Below are positions 24,279 through 32,000 of a DNA stretch of 32,000 bases, one piece after another. The stretch spans positions 660,001-692,000 of the forward strand of contig NC_013849.1 in assembly GCF_000025505.1 (NCBI RefSeq), in the 5' to 3' direction. The notes below the pieces were generated by a model that saw only the letters and a program-made list of their open reading frames with translations, searched no databases and was not told where the DNA came from. The number at the start of each line of letters is the position of its first letter. The stretch's first letter is position 1. The DNA is from Ferroglobus placidus DSM 10642 (GTDB lineage: Archaea > Halobacteriota > Archaeoglobi > Archaeoglobales > Archaeoglobaceae). The position numbers were made by a program, and so were the translations under genes.

Positions 24279-24495
24279 AGCTCTTGTAGCATTCTTCAAC
24301 GACGAAGATGAGCAGAAACTGTTGAGATACTCGAACCTAAGAATCGTCCCGATCGGAGAGGAAATAGCTTTGAAGGCTGGAGAATTTAAGAAAGGATGAA
24401 TACCAATAGTCGACGCTTTAATTGGAGCCACCGCGTGGTTTTTAAAAGCTGAAATTGTGACGGATGACGAACACTTCGAAATAATGGGAATTTAA
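24253..24495 (+). pseudogene. Degraded VapC/PIN-domain toxin, internally deleted and with an in-frame TGA
   Basis: MKNLVFDTKALVAFFNDEDEQKLLRYSNLRIVPIGEEIALKAGEFKKG*IPIVDALIGATAWFLKAEIVTDDEHFEIMGI*. It has N-terminal D-x-x-ALVAFF and C-terminal DALIGATA...VTDDEHF PIN motifs, but the middle is too short (81 codons) and TGA is at 24397-24399. Confidence 0.7.
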
Positions 24496-24580
24496 CTGAT
24501 CAGATTCCGCTGAATTTTACAGACAAGTTGCGAGGAGGTTTTGCTCAATTTAAGCTTACAAATAGTTCCGTTCCAAAACC

Positions 24581-24607
24581 TTTTTAAACCTTGACACTTT
24601 GTGTCAA
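24581..24607 (+). promoter_or_regulatory. TATA-like box followed by palindromic operator candidate
   Basis: TTTTTAAACC (24581-24590) followed directly by TTGACAC-TTT-GTGTCAA (24591-24607). Confidence 0.6.
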
Positions 24608-24613
24608 TGTAGC

Positions 24614-24697
24614 ATGAATGACGTTGGATGGGTTGTAGCGATAGGCGTTGGCTTGCAGGTGGCGATACTCGCTCTTTGGGGATTAAAGTGGAGGTGA
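24614..24697 (+). CDS. 27-aa single-TM peptide upstream of SSS transporter (not in ORF track)
   Basis: ATG...TGA encodes MNDVGWVVAIGVGLQVAILALWGLKWR*; positioned between the promoter/palindrome and the transporter start, 6 nt before it. Confidence 0.6.
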   Translation: MNDVGWVVAIGVGLQVAILALWGLKWR

Positions 24698-24703
24698 GGT
24701 CGC

Positions 24704-26287
24704 TTGAACCCGGCAGCTTTCACGATCTTCGCTTCCTACTTAATCGTTATAGCGGTAATAGCTTACTTCGGTGCGAAAAAAGTTAAAACGGTGGAAGACT
24801 TCGTTGCTGCAAGCGGTCAGCTTGGCTTCTGGACGTACGTTTTGTTAATGGTGGGAAGCGTTTTCAGCGGAATGTCTCTGATAGGAGTTGCTGGCTTAGC
24901 ATTCACCACTGGCTGGGCTAACGTCTGGGAGAGAATTTTCGGTCCGGCTTTCGCTATAGCTTTTGGAACGATAATTATAGGCTACAAGATGTTTCCGTTA
25001 AAGGAAAAGCACAAGCTCGTGACCATCCAAGACTACCTGGCTTTCAGGTACGGAGATGCCAAGGCGATAAGAATTATCGCCGCAATCGTTTCGGCAATCA
25101 CGAGCTACATCTACCTCATAGGACAGTACACAGCTATAGGAATTGCGAGCGAAGTCATACTCGGAATACCCTACTGGCTTGGAGTGATTATGGCAGCTCT
25201 AATAGTCGTGGCGTACGTTTCCTCTGGAGGAATGTTCTCAACAGCCTGGACGACCTTCGCTCAGTCTCTATTAATGATACTCGGCGTTTTTCTAACAGTC
25301 CCTCTGATAATATCTCACGCGGGCGGAATTGAACACGTAAATTCTGTTCTCGCTTCAATGCCGGAGCTTCAGAAAGCAAAAGGATTGGACGAGAATTTCA
25401 TGTTCGCAAAGTACTTGAATGACCCGTTTGCCCCAGCCAACGTTCCTTTAGCCGGATGGGTTTACAATTTAACTCTCTTCGGCATAGCAGTTCCTCTCGG
25501 CTTAATGGTAGCTCCTCACGTAGTCAACAACATGCTCACCTTCAAAAAGAAAGAGTACACGAGGTGGGGTCCGCTTGTAATGTACCTCCTCGGTTTTTCC
25601 GTGATATTTTTAGTTTCTCTCGCCGGAATCGCAGCGAGAGCTGCATGGGCTGAAGGGAGAATAGAGATTCCAGAGATAAAGTTTGGAGAGGTTGGCGTTA
25701 AGTGGTCAGACATGGCTTACCCAACTGTTGCTTCAGCCTTTCTTCCCGAGTGGCTTTTCCTTCTCCTCCTCCCGACCATTTTAGCCGGAGTTATGTCCAC
25801 AACGGACAGGCTGATAGTGACGACTGCCAGCAACATAACCTACGACATTCTGGCTAAAGCTTTTGGATTGAACGTGAACGGTAGAAAGTTCAAAGTTATT
25901 AACGCAATCGTTGTTTTCGCAGTGGGAATATCTTCGATCTACTTCGCTTTGCATCCCCAGCAGCTCTTAGCTTGGCTGATATGGGCTTCTCTCTCCTTAA
26001 TGGTAAACTGCTTCTTCTTTCCGATAATTCTCGGACTCTACTGGAGCGGGGTGACGAAAAACGGTGCGAGAGCGAGCATGATTTCGGGGTTACTGATAAC
26101 GCTTCTAACCTTCGCGATACATGGAAAGACGCTATGGATTTTTGGAATCCCAGTTTACTCAGTCCTCCCCGGATTCATCGCAAGCTTCCTTTCAGGAGTT
26201 TTGGTGAGTGTTATCGAAAAGAGAGTTGTTGCCCGCCCTGTGGAATCCCCTTCACTAATCAGGGGACGCATGGCAGGCGGGCAATAG
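24704..26287 (+). CDS. Sodium:solute symporter (SSS) family permease
   Basis: 527-aa multi-TM ORF with SGQLGFWTYVLLMVGSVFSGMSLIGVAGLAFTTGW, VYVSSGGMFSTAWTTFAQ; TTG start preceded by GGAGGTGAGGT. Confidence 0.92.
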   Translation: MNPAAFTIFASYLIVIAVIAYFGAKKVKTVEDFVAASGQLGFWTYVLLMVGSVFSGMSLIGVAGLAFTTGWANVWERIFGPAFAIAFGTIIIGYKMFPLKEKHKLVTIQDYLAFRYGDAKAIRIIAAIVSAITSYIYLIGQYTAIGIASEVILGIPYWLGVIMAALIVVAYVSSGGMFSTAWTTFAQSLLMILGVFLTVPLIISHAGGIEHVNSVLASMPELQKAKGLDENFMFAKYLNDPFAPANVPLAGWVYNLTLFGIAVPLGLMVAPHVVNNMLTFKKKEYTRWGPLVMYLLGFSVIFLVSLAGIAARAAWAEGRIEIPEIKFGEVGVKWSDMAYPTVASAFLPEWLFLLLLPTILAGVMSTTDRLIVTTASNITYDILAKAFGLNVNGRKFKVINAIVVFAVGISSIYFALHPQQLLAWLIWASLSLMVNCFFFPIILGLYWSGVTKNGARASMISGLLITLLTFAIHGKTLWIFGIPVYSVLPGFIASFLSGVLVSVIEKRVVARPVESPSLIRGRMAGGQ

Positions 26288-26336
26288 AATTTGATTTTTT
26301 AAAGCTTAAAAAGTTTGTGTCAAAAGTTAAAAAGAG

Positions 26337-26948
26337 CTAACCTTCTTCCGCAGCCACCTTTATTTTGTGGAGAAGCTCGGCAGGAGATTTTACTGGATAC
26401 TCGATCTTGTCGAGCAACTCCTCGATTTTCTTACCCTTAACGACTATTCCTTCCAGCTTCTCCTTGAGTTCATCTTTGTTAAGCGGGAAGTGAGTTCCTC
26501 TAATCCTCGCTAAAACGTGAACCGCCCAGTCTATTCCCAAAGCTTCTATTTCGTCGTGGTACATCTCAACTTCCTGCTCATCAAGCCTCTTCTCTTCTTT
26601 CAGTTTTTTGTAAGCAAGCTTGGCTATTCCTCCAGCTATGTGCTCTTTCGGTCTTTCTTCAAGCTCTCCCTCCAGGTACTTCTTAACAGCCTCCTCATCA
26701 GCAGTAGCTATGTTCTTCACGGTCTGCTCCGTTATTCCTAAATACTCGGCAATCTCTCTGTACGTTTTAAAAGCTTCATTCTTCAAAACGAGAACGTAGG
26801 CTGCTTCTGCGAGACTCGGAAGCCACGTAAGATTTCTGTACTCGACGAGCCTCTTCAAACCTCCCAACATCTTTATAGCTTCCCAAAAAACCTTTTCAGC
26901 CATCTTATCTACGTTCATTCCACCTTTCGGCTTGGCAATTACCTCCAT
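26337..26948 (-). CDS. HTH-like regulatory-domain protein found next to archaeal KaiC-domain proteins
   Basis: 203-aa ORF with helix-turn-helix-like region LPSLAEAAYVLVLKNEAFKTYREIAEYLGITEQTVKNIATADE; 12 nt downstream of a KaiC-like gene on the same strand. Confidence 0.7.
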   Translation of the reverse strand: MEVIAKPKGGMNVDKMAEKVFWEAIKMLGGLKRLVEYRNLTWLPSLAEAAYVLVLKNEAFKTYREIAEYLGITEQTVKNIATADEEAVKKYLEGELEERPKEHIAGGIAKLAYKKLKEEKRLDEQEVEMYHDEIEALGIDWAVHVLARIRGTHFPLNKDELKEKLEGIVVKGKKIEELLDKIEYPVKSPAELLHKIKVAAEEG

Positions 26949-26960
26949 CCTATCACCTCC

Positions 26961-27821
26961 TTACTCCTCCACAAGCCTACCTCTCTTCTTTATGTACTCG
27001 CTCAGAGGGGCGATGATCTCTATTAATCCGCTCTCTGTTATCTCAAAAACCCAAGTTCTCGAGTCGTGTCCGGTCAGTCTGCATCCGTCAATCCTTATCG
27101 TTCTTAAAACGCTTCCTATAGGCAGACCATAGAGATTCACGTCCCACCTCGTTTCTATTATTTTTTTGTCCATAACTATCGTTCCGTCAACTATGTGGGC
27201 AACCGCTAAACCTCCGGCAGCTTCAGCGCTCTCGCTTGCCTGAGAACTCCTCTTCTGAGATATTAGTATGGCTGTTTGCCTCCACTTCTTCAGGAAGTTG
27301 AAAATTTGTCTGACTATCTGCCTCGCGAGAACTTCCTTATGCTCGTAAAGTCCCGTAACGCTGTCGATAACGACGTTCGTACACTTCTTCTCCCTTATCG
27401 CATAAGCCATGGTATCTATCAAAGCTCTCGTATTCTCTCTCAGCTCGTCGCTCTCTGAAGCGTCGATAACGACGACGTTCTGCTCCACCTTGCTAAAATC
27501 GACACCCATTGCCTGTGCTTTTTGCTTTAAAGCTGTGTAAAGGAAGTTGGCGGGACTTTCCACTGTTACGAAGAGAACCTTGTAGCCATGTGCAGCCTGA
27601 GTTACCGTAAACTGCTCAGCAAAAACGCTCTTACCTGTGTCCGGAACTCCAGTAATGTTCATCACAGCCAGATACGGAATTCCGCCTAAGGGTTTTTTCA
27701 CGAACTTTCCGTCTTCCTCTTCCACTTTAAAGAACATTTCGTCAAGCTTTGTTCCCGTTGGAATTCCGAAAAGCTTAGGAGCTTTGCTTTCGAGCTCTTT
27801 AAGCTCATAATACTTCGTCAT
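26961..27821 (-). CDS. KaiC-domain / RadA-like P-loop ATPase (archaeal family)
   Basis: GVPDTGKSVFAEQF Walker A, KKCTNVVIDSVTGLYEHKEVLARQIVRQIFNFLKKWRQTAILISQKRSS Walker B region; single KaiC domain of 286 aa. Confidence 0.85.
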   Translation of the reverse strand: MTKYYELKELESKAPKLFGIPTGTKLDEMFFKVEEEDGKFVKKPLGGIPYLAVMNITGVPDTGKSVFAEQFTVTQAAHGYKVLFVTVESPANFLYTALKQKAQAMGVDFSKVEQNVVVIDASESDELRENTRALIDTMAYAIREKKCTNVVIDSVTGLYEHKEVLARQIVRQIFNFLKKWRQTAILISQKRSSQASESAEAAGGLAVAHIVDGTIVMDKKIIETRWDVNLYGLPIGSVLRTIRIDGCRLTGHDSRTWVFEITESGLIEIIAPLSEYIKKRGRLVEE

Positions 27822-27929
27822 ATCGATATAATACTAACGCAGAAAGTATAAAAGCCTTATGTTATTTTTAGCACTAAGTTTCTCTTTCGAAATTCTAAAA
27901 GTTATCGCAACAGTTTTAACGTTTGAAAT

Positions 27930-29522
27930 TTGAATAGATTTGAAATGCCAAATCTCGGAGAGTTGGTAAGTAAGGGGGAGAGAGAAAACGTCGAGTTTAA
28001 GGAGTACCTTACGGATTATCATTTAAAAGATAGCAGAAGGCAGTCTTTAGCCTGTCAGATGAACCACCGAATTTTGATGGGGAAGGGTGTAGCCTACTAC
28101 ATTATAGGAATTTCCGACAGTGGAGAGTTTAAAGGAATAAGAAAGGAGGAGCTCGATAAGACGATAAAAGTTCTCGAGGTCATAGCCAAAGACATCGATG
28201 CGAAGATTACCGAAAAGGAGATTTACGAGGTGAACGGCGGATACGTTGCGGTAGTTGAAATCAGAAAGGACAAACCTAAAGAGCACATAACGGTCGGCAC
28301 AGCGGGACACGTTGATCACGGCAAATCCACCCTCGTCGGCTGCTTAATCACAGGAAAATGCGACGACGGAGATGGATTAACGAGAGTGTACCTCGACACT
28401 TTGAAGCACGAAATAGAAAGAGGGTTAAGCGCAGACCTAAGCTTCGCCGTTCTGGGATTCAAAAACGGAAAAGCGATAAGGATGAAGAATCCGCTGAGCA
28501 AAACTGAAAAAGCTTGGGTTGTTGAGAATTCCGAAAAGATAGTATCCTTCGTCGACACTGTCGGGCACGAGCCTTGGCTGAGAACAGCCATAAGAGGTTT
28601 GATCGGGCAAAGGATAGATTACGGGCTGCTAACAATAGCTGCTGACGACGGCATAATGAGGATAACGAAAGAACACCTCGGAATTTTGCTTGCGATGGAG
28701 CTTCCGGTGATAATTGCGATAACCAAAGCAGATAAGGTGAGCGAAGAGAGAATAAAAAACCTGATTTCCGAAATTTCGAAGTTGCTAAGGGGATTGGGGA
28801 GAATTCCGTATCTTTTAAAGAGCAAAAGCGATGCTGAAAAAGTTTCGAGGCTCATTGCTAAGAACAGCTTCGTCGTGCCGATCGTCGTTACCTCGGCTAT
28901 AACTCTCGCCGGATACGAAATACTTGAAGAGCTTCTTTACAGACTTCCAAAGCTCAGATACGAGGAGAGCGACTTTTTAATGTACATAGACAGAATTTAC
29001 AAAGTTACCGGCGTTGGAACGGTTGTGAGCGGGACGATAAAATCAGGAGAGATTAGCGAAGGTGATGAAGTTTTTGTCGGACCTTTCTCAGACGGAAGCT
29101 TCGTGAAAACAAAGATTTCGAGTATAGAGATGCACCACTACAGAGTTGAAAGAGCTAAGAGCGGGGACATAGTTGGTTTGGCTTTGAAAAACGTCTCAGT
29201 CGAAGATCTCAGGAGGGGTATGGTTGTAACGAAAACCGAGCCTTACGCTGTGAGAGAATTTGAAGCTGAAGTTTACGTTTTCACGCATCCGACGAAAATT
29301 TCAGCTGGCTACGAGCCCGTTTTGCACTGCGAAACCATAAGCGAGACGGTGATATTTAAGGAGATGGATAAAGAATACCTCAAAGCCGGGGATAGGGGAA
29401 AAGTGAGGATTAGATTCAAGTACAATCCTCAGTACATTATGCCGGGACAGAGGTTCATTTTTAGGGAAGGTAGGAGCAAGGGAATGGGGGAAGTGGTGAG
29501 AATTTATGAAACTGAATCTTAA
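27930..29522 (+). CDS. GTPBP1-like translational GTPase with N-terminal AlbA/Schlafen-like region
   Basis: C-terminal part: TVGTAGHVDHGKSTLVGCLITG, VSFVDTVGHEPWLRTAIRGL, IAITKADK. N-terminal part: ENVEFKEYLTDYHL...GKGVAYYIIGISDSGEFKGI resembles an AlbA_2 domain. Confidence 0.88.
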   Translation: MNRFEMPNLGELVSKGERENVEFKEYLTDYHLKDSRRQSLACQMNHRILMGKGVAYYIIGISDSGEFKGIRKEELDKTIKVLEVIAKDIDAKITEKEIYEVNGGYVAVVEIRKDKPKEHITVGTAGHVDHGKSTLVGCLITGKCDDGDGLTRVYLDTLKHEIERGLSADLSFAVLGFKNGKAIRMKNPLSKTEKAWVVENSEKIVSFVDTVGHEPWLRTAIRGLIGQRIDYGLLTIAADDGIMRITKEHLGILLAMELPVIIAITKADKVSEERIKNLISEISKLLRGLGRIPYLLKSKSDAEKVSRLIAKNSFVVPIVVTSAITLAGYEILEELLYRLPKLRYEESDFLMYIDRIYKVTGVGTVVSGTIKSGEISEGDEVFVGPFSDGSFVKTKISSIEMHHYRVERAKSGDIVGLALKNVSVEDLRRGMVVTKTEPYAVREFEAEVYVFTHPTKISAGYEPVLHCETISETVIFKEMDKEYLKAGDRGKVRIRFKYNPQYIMPGQRFIFREGRSKGMGEVVRIYETES

Positions 29523-31056
29523 AGTTAAGCTGAAAAGAGAAGAGAGCGAAAGAGAAAGAATGAAAAATTTCAAGGAATTTACGGAAGTCATAAAAGAGAA
29601 GGCTGAGATTCCAGAGGGTTACGAAATTGTAGAAGATTACGAAGTTCTCGGAGACTTCGAGTTTTCGGTAGTTTTCATTTTAAAGAGAGATCACGACTAT
29701 TTTTACCACGCTGTCGAGCCGATTCTCGAGGAAGATTACGAGAAGTACAGAGAGGAGATAATTAAGAGGGTCGAGTACGCACTTCCTTACTATGCGGATT
29801 TTAAGGATAAGGCAAAAACGATACTTTCGAGCTACGACAGGCTTCTCGAAGCTTTAAACCTCGATCCAGACGACTACCACTACTACGCTCTCCTCTACTA
29901 TTTGCTAAGAGACACGATCCTCTTCGGACCAATCACTCCTCTTATGAAGGATCGTCTGCTTGAGGATATAAGCTGTAACGGGTACGGCAAGCCTATTTAC
30001 GTTTATCACCGCAACTATCAGAACTTGCGGACGAACGTTGTTTTTTCCGAGGACGAGCTCGACAGCTTCATAATCAAGCTTGCCCAGCAGTGCGGGAAGC
30101 ACATAAGCATAGCTGAGCCTATGCTCGACGCTACTCTTCCGGACGGAAGCAGAATTCAGATGACTCTGGGGAGAGAAGTAACTGACCACGGCTCGACCTT
30201 CACGATAAGAAAATTCAGAGACGTTCCTCTTACTCCTATAGACCTAATAGCTTGGAAAACGTTCAGCTTGGAGGAAATGGCTTACCTCTGGCTGTGCATA
30301 GAAAACAAAAAGAACTTGATATTCGCAGGAGGAACTGCAAGCGGTAAAACGACGAGCATGAACGCAATAAGCCTATTCATTCCGAAGAACGCTAAAATCG
30401 TGAGCATAGAAGATACGAGAGAAGTAATGCTCCCCCACGAAAACTGGATTCCGGCTGTGACGAGAGAAGGTGTCGGAGGGAAAGAGATTGACATGTACGA
30501 GCTGCTCAGAGCAGCTCTGAGACAGAGACCGGAGTACATAATAGTCGGAGAAGTCAGAGGTAAGGAAGCTCTAACTCTGTTCCAGGCTATGTCAACCGGA
30601 CACACAACTTACTCGACTTTGCATGCGGACAGCGTGAACGGAGTAATTCATCGATTGGAGAACCCGCCGATAAACGTGCCGAGGAGCATGATAGAGGCTC
30701 TCGACATAATAAGCATACAAGCTCAAGTTTACCTCGGAAATAAAAGAGTGAGAAGAAATTTGGAAATAGCAGAAATAGTGGGAATGGACCCCCACACAAA
30801 GATAATAAAGACTACAACAGTCTTCGCTTGGGACAGCGAAAAAGACGAACACTTAATGATAGGCTCCTCAAAAGTTCTCGAAGAAATAAGAAAAATGAGA
30901 GCTTGGAGCAGAAAAGAACTGGAAGAAGAACTCGAAACAAGAAAAAAAGTCCTGAAGTGGATGCTCGATAACAATATCAGAGACTACAAAGAAGTAGCTA
31001 AAATAATTCACTCGTATCAGAGCGATAAGGATAGACTGCTCGAAATGATCTCATGA
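29506..31056 (+). CDS. Type II/IV secretion system ATPase (GspE/VirB11/TadA superfamily)
   Basis: 516-aa ORF: ISIAEPMLDATLPDGSRIQMTL, NLIFAGGTASGKTTSMNAI, KIVSIEDTREVMLPHENW, EYIIVGEVRGKEALTLFQAMSTGHTTYSTLHADS. Confidence 0.93.
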   Translation: MKLNLKVKLKREESERERMKNFKEFTEVIKEKAEIPEGYEIVEDYEVLGDFEFSVVFILKRDHDYFYHAVEPILEEDYEKYREEIIKRVEYALPYYADFKDKAKTILSSYDRLLEALNLDPDDYHYYALLYYLLRDTILFGPITPLMKDRLLEDISCNGYGKPIYVYHRNYQNLRTNVVFSEDELDSFIIKLAQQCGKHISIAEPMLDATLPDGSRIQMTLGREVTDHGSTFTIRKFRDVPLTPIDLIAWKTFSLEEMAYLWLCIENKKNLIFAGGTASGKTTSMNAISLFIPKNAKIVSIEDTREVMLPHENWIPAVTREGVGGKEIDMYELLRAALRQRPEYIIVGEVRGKEALTLFQAMSTGHTTYSTLHADSVNGVIHRLENPPINVPRSMIEALDIISIQAQVYLGNKRVRRNLEIAEIVGMDPHTKIIKTTTVFAWDSEKDEHLMIGSSKVLEEIRKMRAWSRKELEEELETRKKVLKWMLDNNIRDYKEVAKIIHSYQSDKDRLLEMIS

Positions 31057-31679
31057 AAAGGATTAAAGAGACCCTCGAAAAATACCCCGAAATATCGGAA
31101 TTCAGCAGGAAATGCTTGGAAAGCAAGAGATACGACTCGAACGTCGTTTTAATGGTAGTAGACGCGGCTTTAACCTCCTCGGGATTGAATTATTTCGGCG
31201 TGGTCGTTCCGAAGGTTCTGGCTTTCAGCGAGAGGTACAAAGTAAAGAGGCTTGATGAGTTTTTAAAGCTGAAGAAGAGCGACTTGCTTAACTTGTGGAG
31301 AAACGAGAGGTGCTGGAACGTAGCTTTTGGTGTAGCCGAGAAGCTCCTCGAATTTGGGAGAGACGTTAAAGCTCTCAGAAAATGGGCTGAAAGCACGGCT
31401 CTCGAAAACTGGAAGAGTTACATGCCGGTAAAAGGCGTGGGAATAAACACCTACCAGTACCTCAGGATGATGGGCGGAGTAGACACAGTCATGCCGGACA
31501 GAATCGTGAAGAGAGAGGTGAGAATAGAATCGAAAGACGACATAGATTTCATAGTTAAAGCGGAAAAGCTTGCAAAAGAAAAAGGAATTCTCGCAGTAGA
31601 GCTGTGCTTTGCTGCCTGGATCGCCCAGTACGATGAGGAAAGAGCCGAGAGGTATTTGAAGCTACTCAAAAATATTTAA
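31053..31679 (+). CDS. Conserved protein with helix-hairpin-helix DNA glycosylase-like region
   Basis: 208-aa ORF; ...LENWKSYMPVKGVGINTYQYLRMMGGVDTVMPDRIV resembles the HhH-G region of HhH-GPD proteins; ATGA overlap with the ATPase gene. Confidence 0.5.
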   Translation: MKRIKETLEKYPEISEFSRKCLESKRYDSNVVLMVVDAALTSSGLNYFGVVVPKVLAFSERYKVKRLDEFLKLKKSDLLNLWRNERCWNVAFGVAEKLLEFGRDVKALRKWAESTALENWKSYMPVKGVGINTYQYLRMMGGVDTVMPDRIVKREVRIESKDDIDFIVKAEKLAKEKGILAVELCFAAWIAQYDEERAERYLKLLKNI

Positions 31680-31703
31680 ATATTACAGCTCGAATTTTTA
31701 GCG

Positions 31704-32000
31704 GTGAAATGCGATATCTGCGGAAAGGAAGAGGTTCTCCCGTATAGATGCAGCTACTGCGGAGGAACGTTCTGCTCAGATCACAGGCTTCCGGAAAAAC
31801 ACTTCTGCGAAGGGATTTACGACATTCCGGTGAAGGTTAAAAAGGACTGGGAGATTGGTAGGAAAGAAGAGAAGGAAGTTTTAATTCAAAAGCCGAAAAT
31901 TTCGCTTTCCCAGTACGGATACAACAACATCTTTCTCGGGATAATCACTTTAATGTTCTTTCTCTCCCTCGTATTTCCACAGATAATGAATTTTCTCGCT
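31704..32000 (+). CDS. AN1-type zinc finger membrane protein, possibly rhomboid family (truncated by window)
   Basis: GTG start; VKCDICGKEEVLPYRCSYCGGTFCSDHRLPEKHFCEG matches AN1 Cys/His spacing, followed by a linker and TM segment YNNIFLGIITLMFFLSLVFP. Confidence 0.75.
   Translation, partial: MKCDICGKEEVLPYRCSYCGGTFCSDHRLPEKHFCEGIYDIPVKVKKDWEIGRKEEKEVLIQKPKISLSQYGYNNIFLGIITLMFFLSLVFPQIMNFLA

Noticed and set aside
24397-24399. In-frame TGA in the VapC-like ORF as a selenocysteine or recoded stop
   Set aside because: The PIN domain is also internally shortened and there is no obvious selenocysteine context; decay is simpler.
24114-24431. Minus-strand ORF of 105 aa upstream of lpd
   Set aside because: It is antisense to the vapBC remnant and overlaps the lpd start; the + strand translation matches PIN motifs, so the remnant explains this region better.

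Overview
The window looks like a euryarchaeal chromosome segment with an Archaeoglobales-like gene content; that assignment is inferred from gene families, not from a search. The minus strand of the left third carries the conserved information-processing cluster: EF-2 (partial), S7, S12, NusA-like, L30e, split rpoA''/A', split rpoB'/B'' and rpoH. It is followed by tRNA-Lys (-) and tRNA-Glu (+). The middle holds glutamate dehydrogenase, a DUF357-like protein, an NfeD/ClpP-class protease, a MATE transporter and a macro-domain protein. A CRISPR array at 16127-17804 has 27 identical, unusually short 23-nt repeats and 26 spacers of 38-45 nt, with no cas gene visible in the window. The right part carries an amidohydrolase, a KH / RIO1 / eIF1A / TyrS cluster, xthA, an Lpd-like flavoprotein, a decayed vapBC remnant, an SSS transporter, a KaiC-like ATPase with an HTH-like partner, and a + strand gene string (GTPBP1-like GTPase, secretion ATPase, HhH-like protein, AN1 zinc-finger membrane protein). 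The best leads are the short-repeat CRISPR and its structured leader, what individual spacers encode, an unlisted 27-aa membrane ORF with a TATA/palindrome promoter ahead of the SSS transporter, the vapBC remnant, a probable frameshifted membrane gene near the tRNAs, and the two signalling/secretion-like gene groups at the right end.
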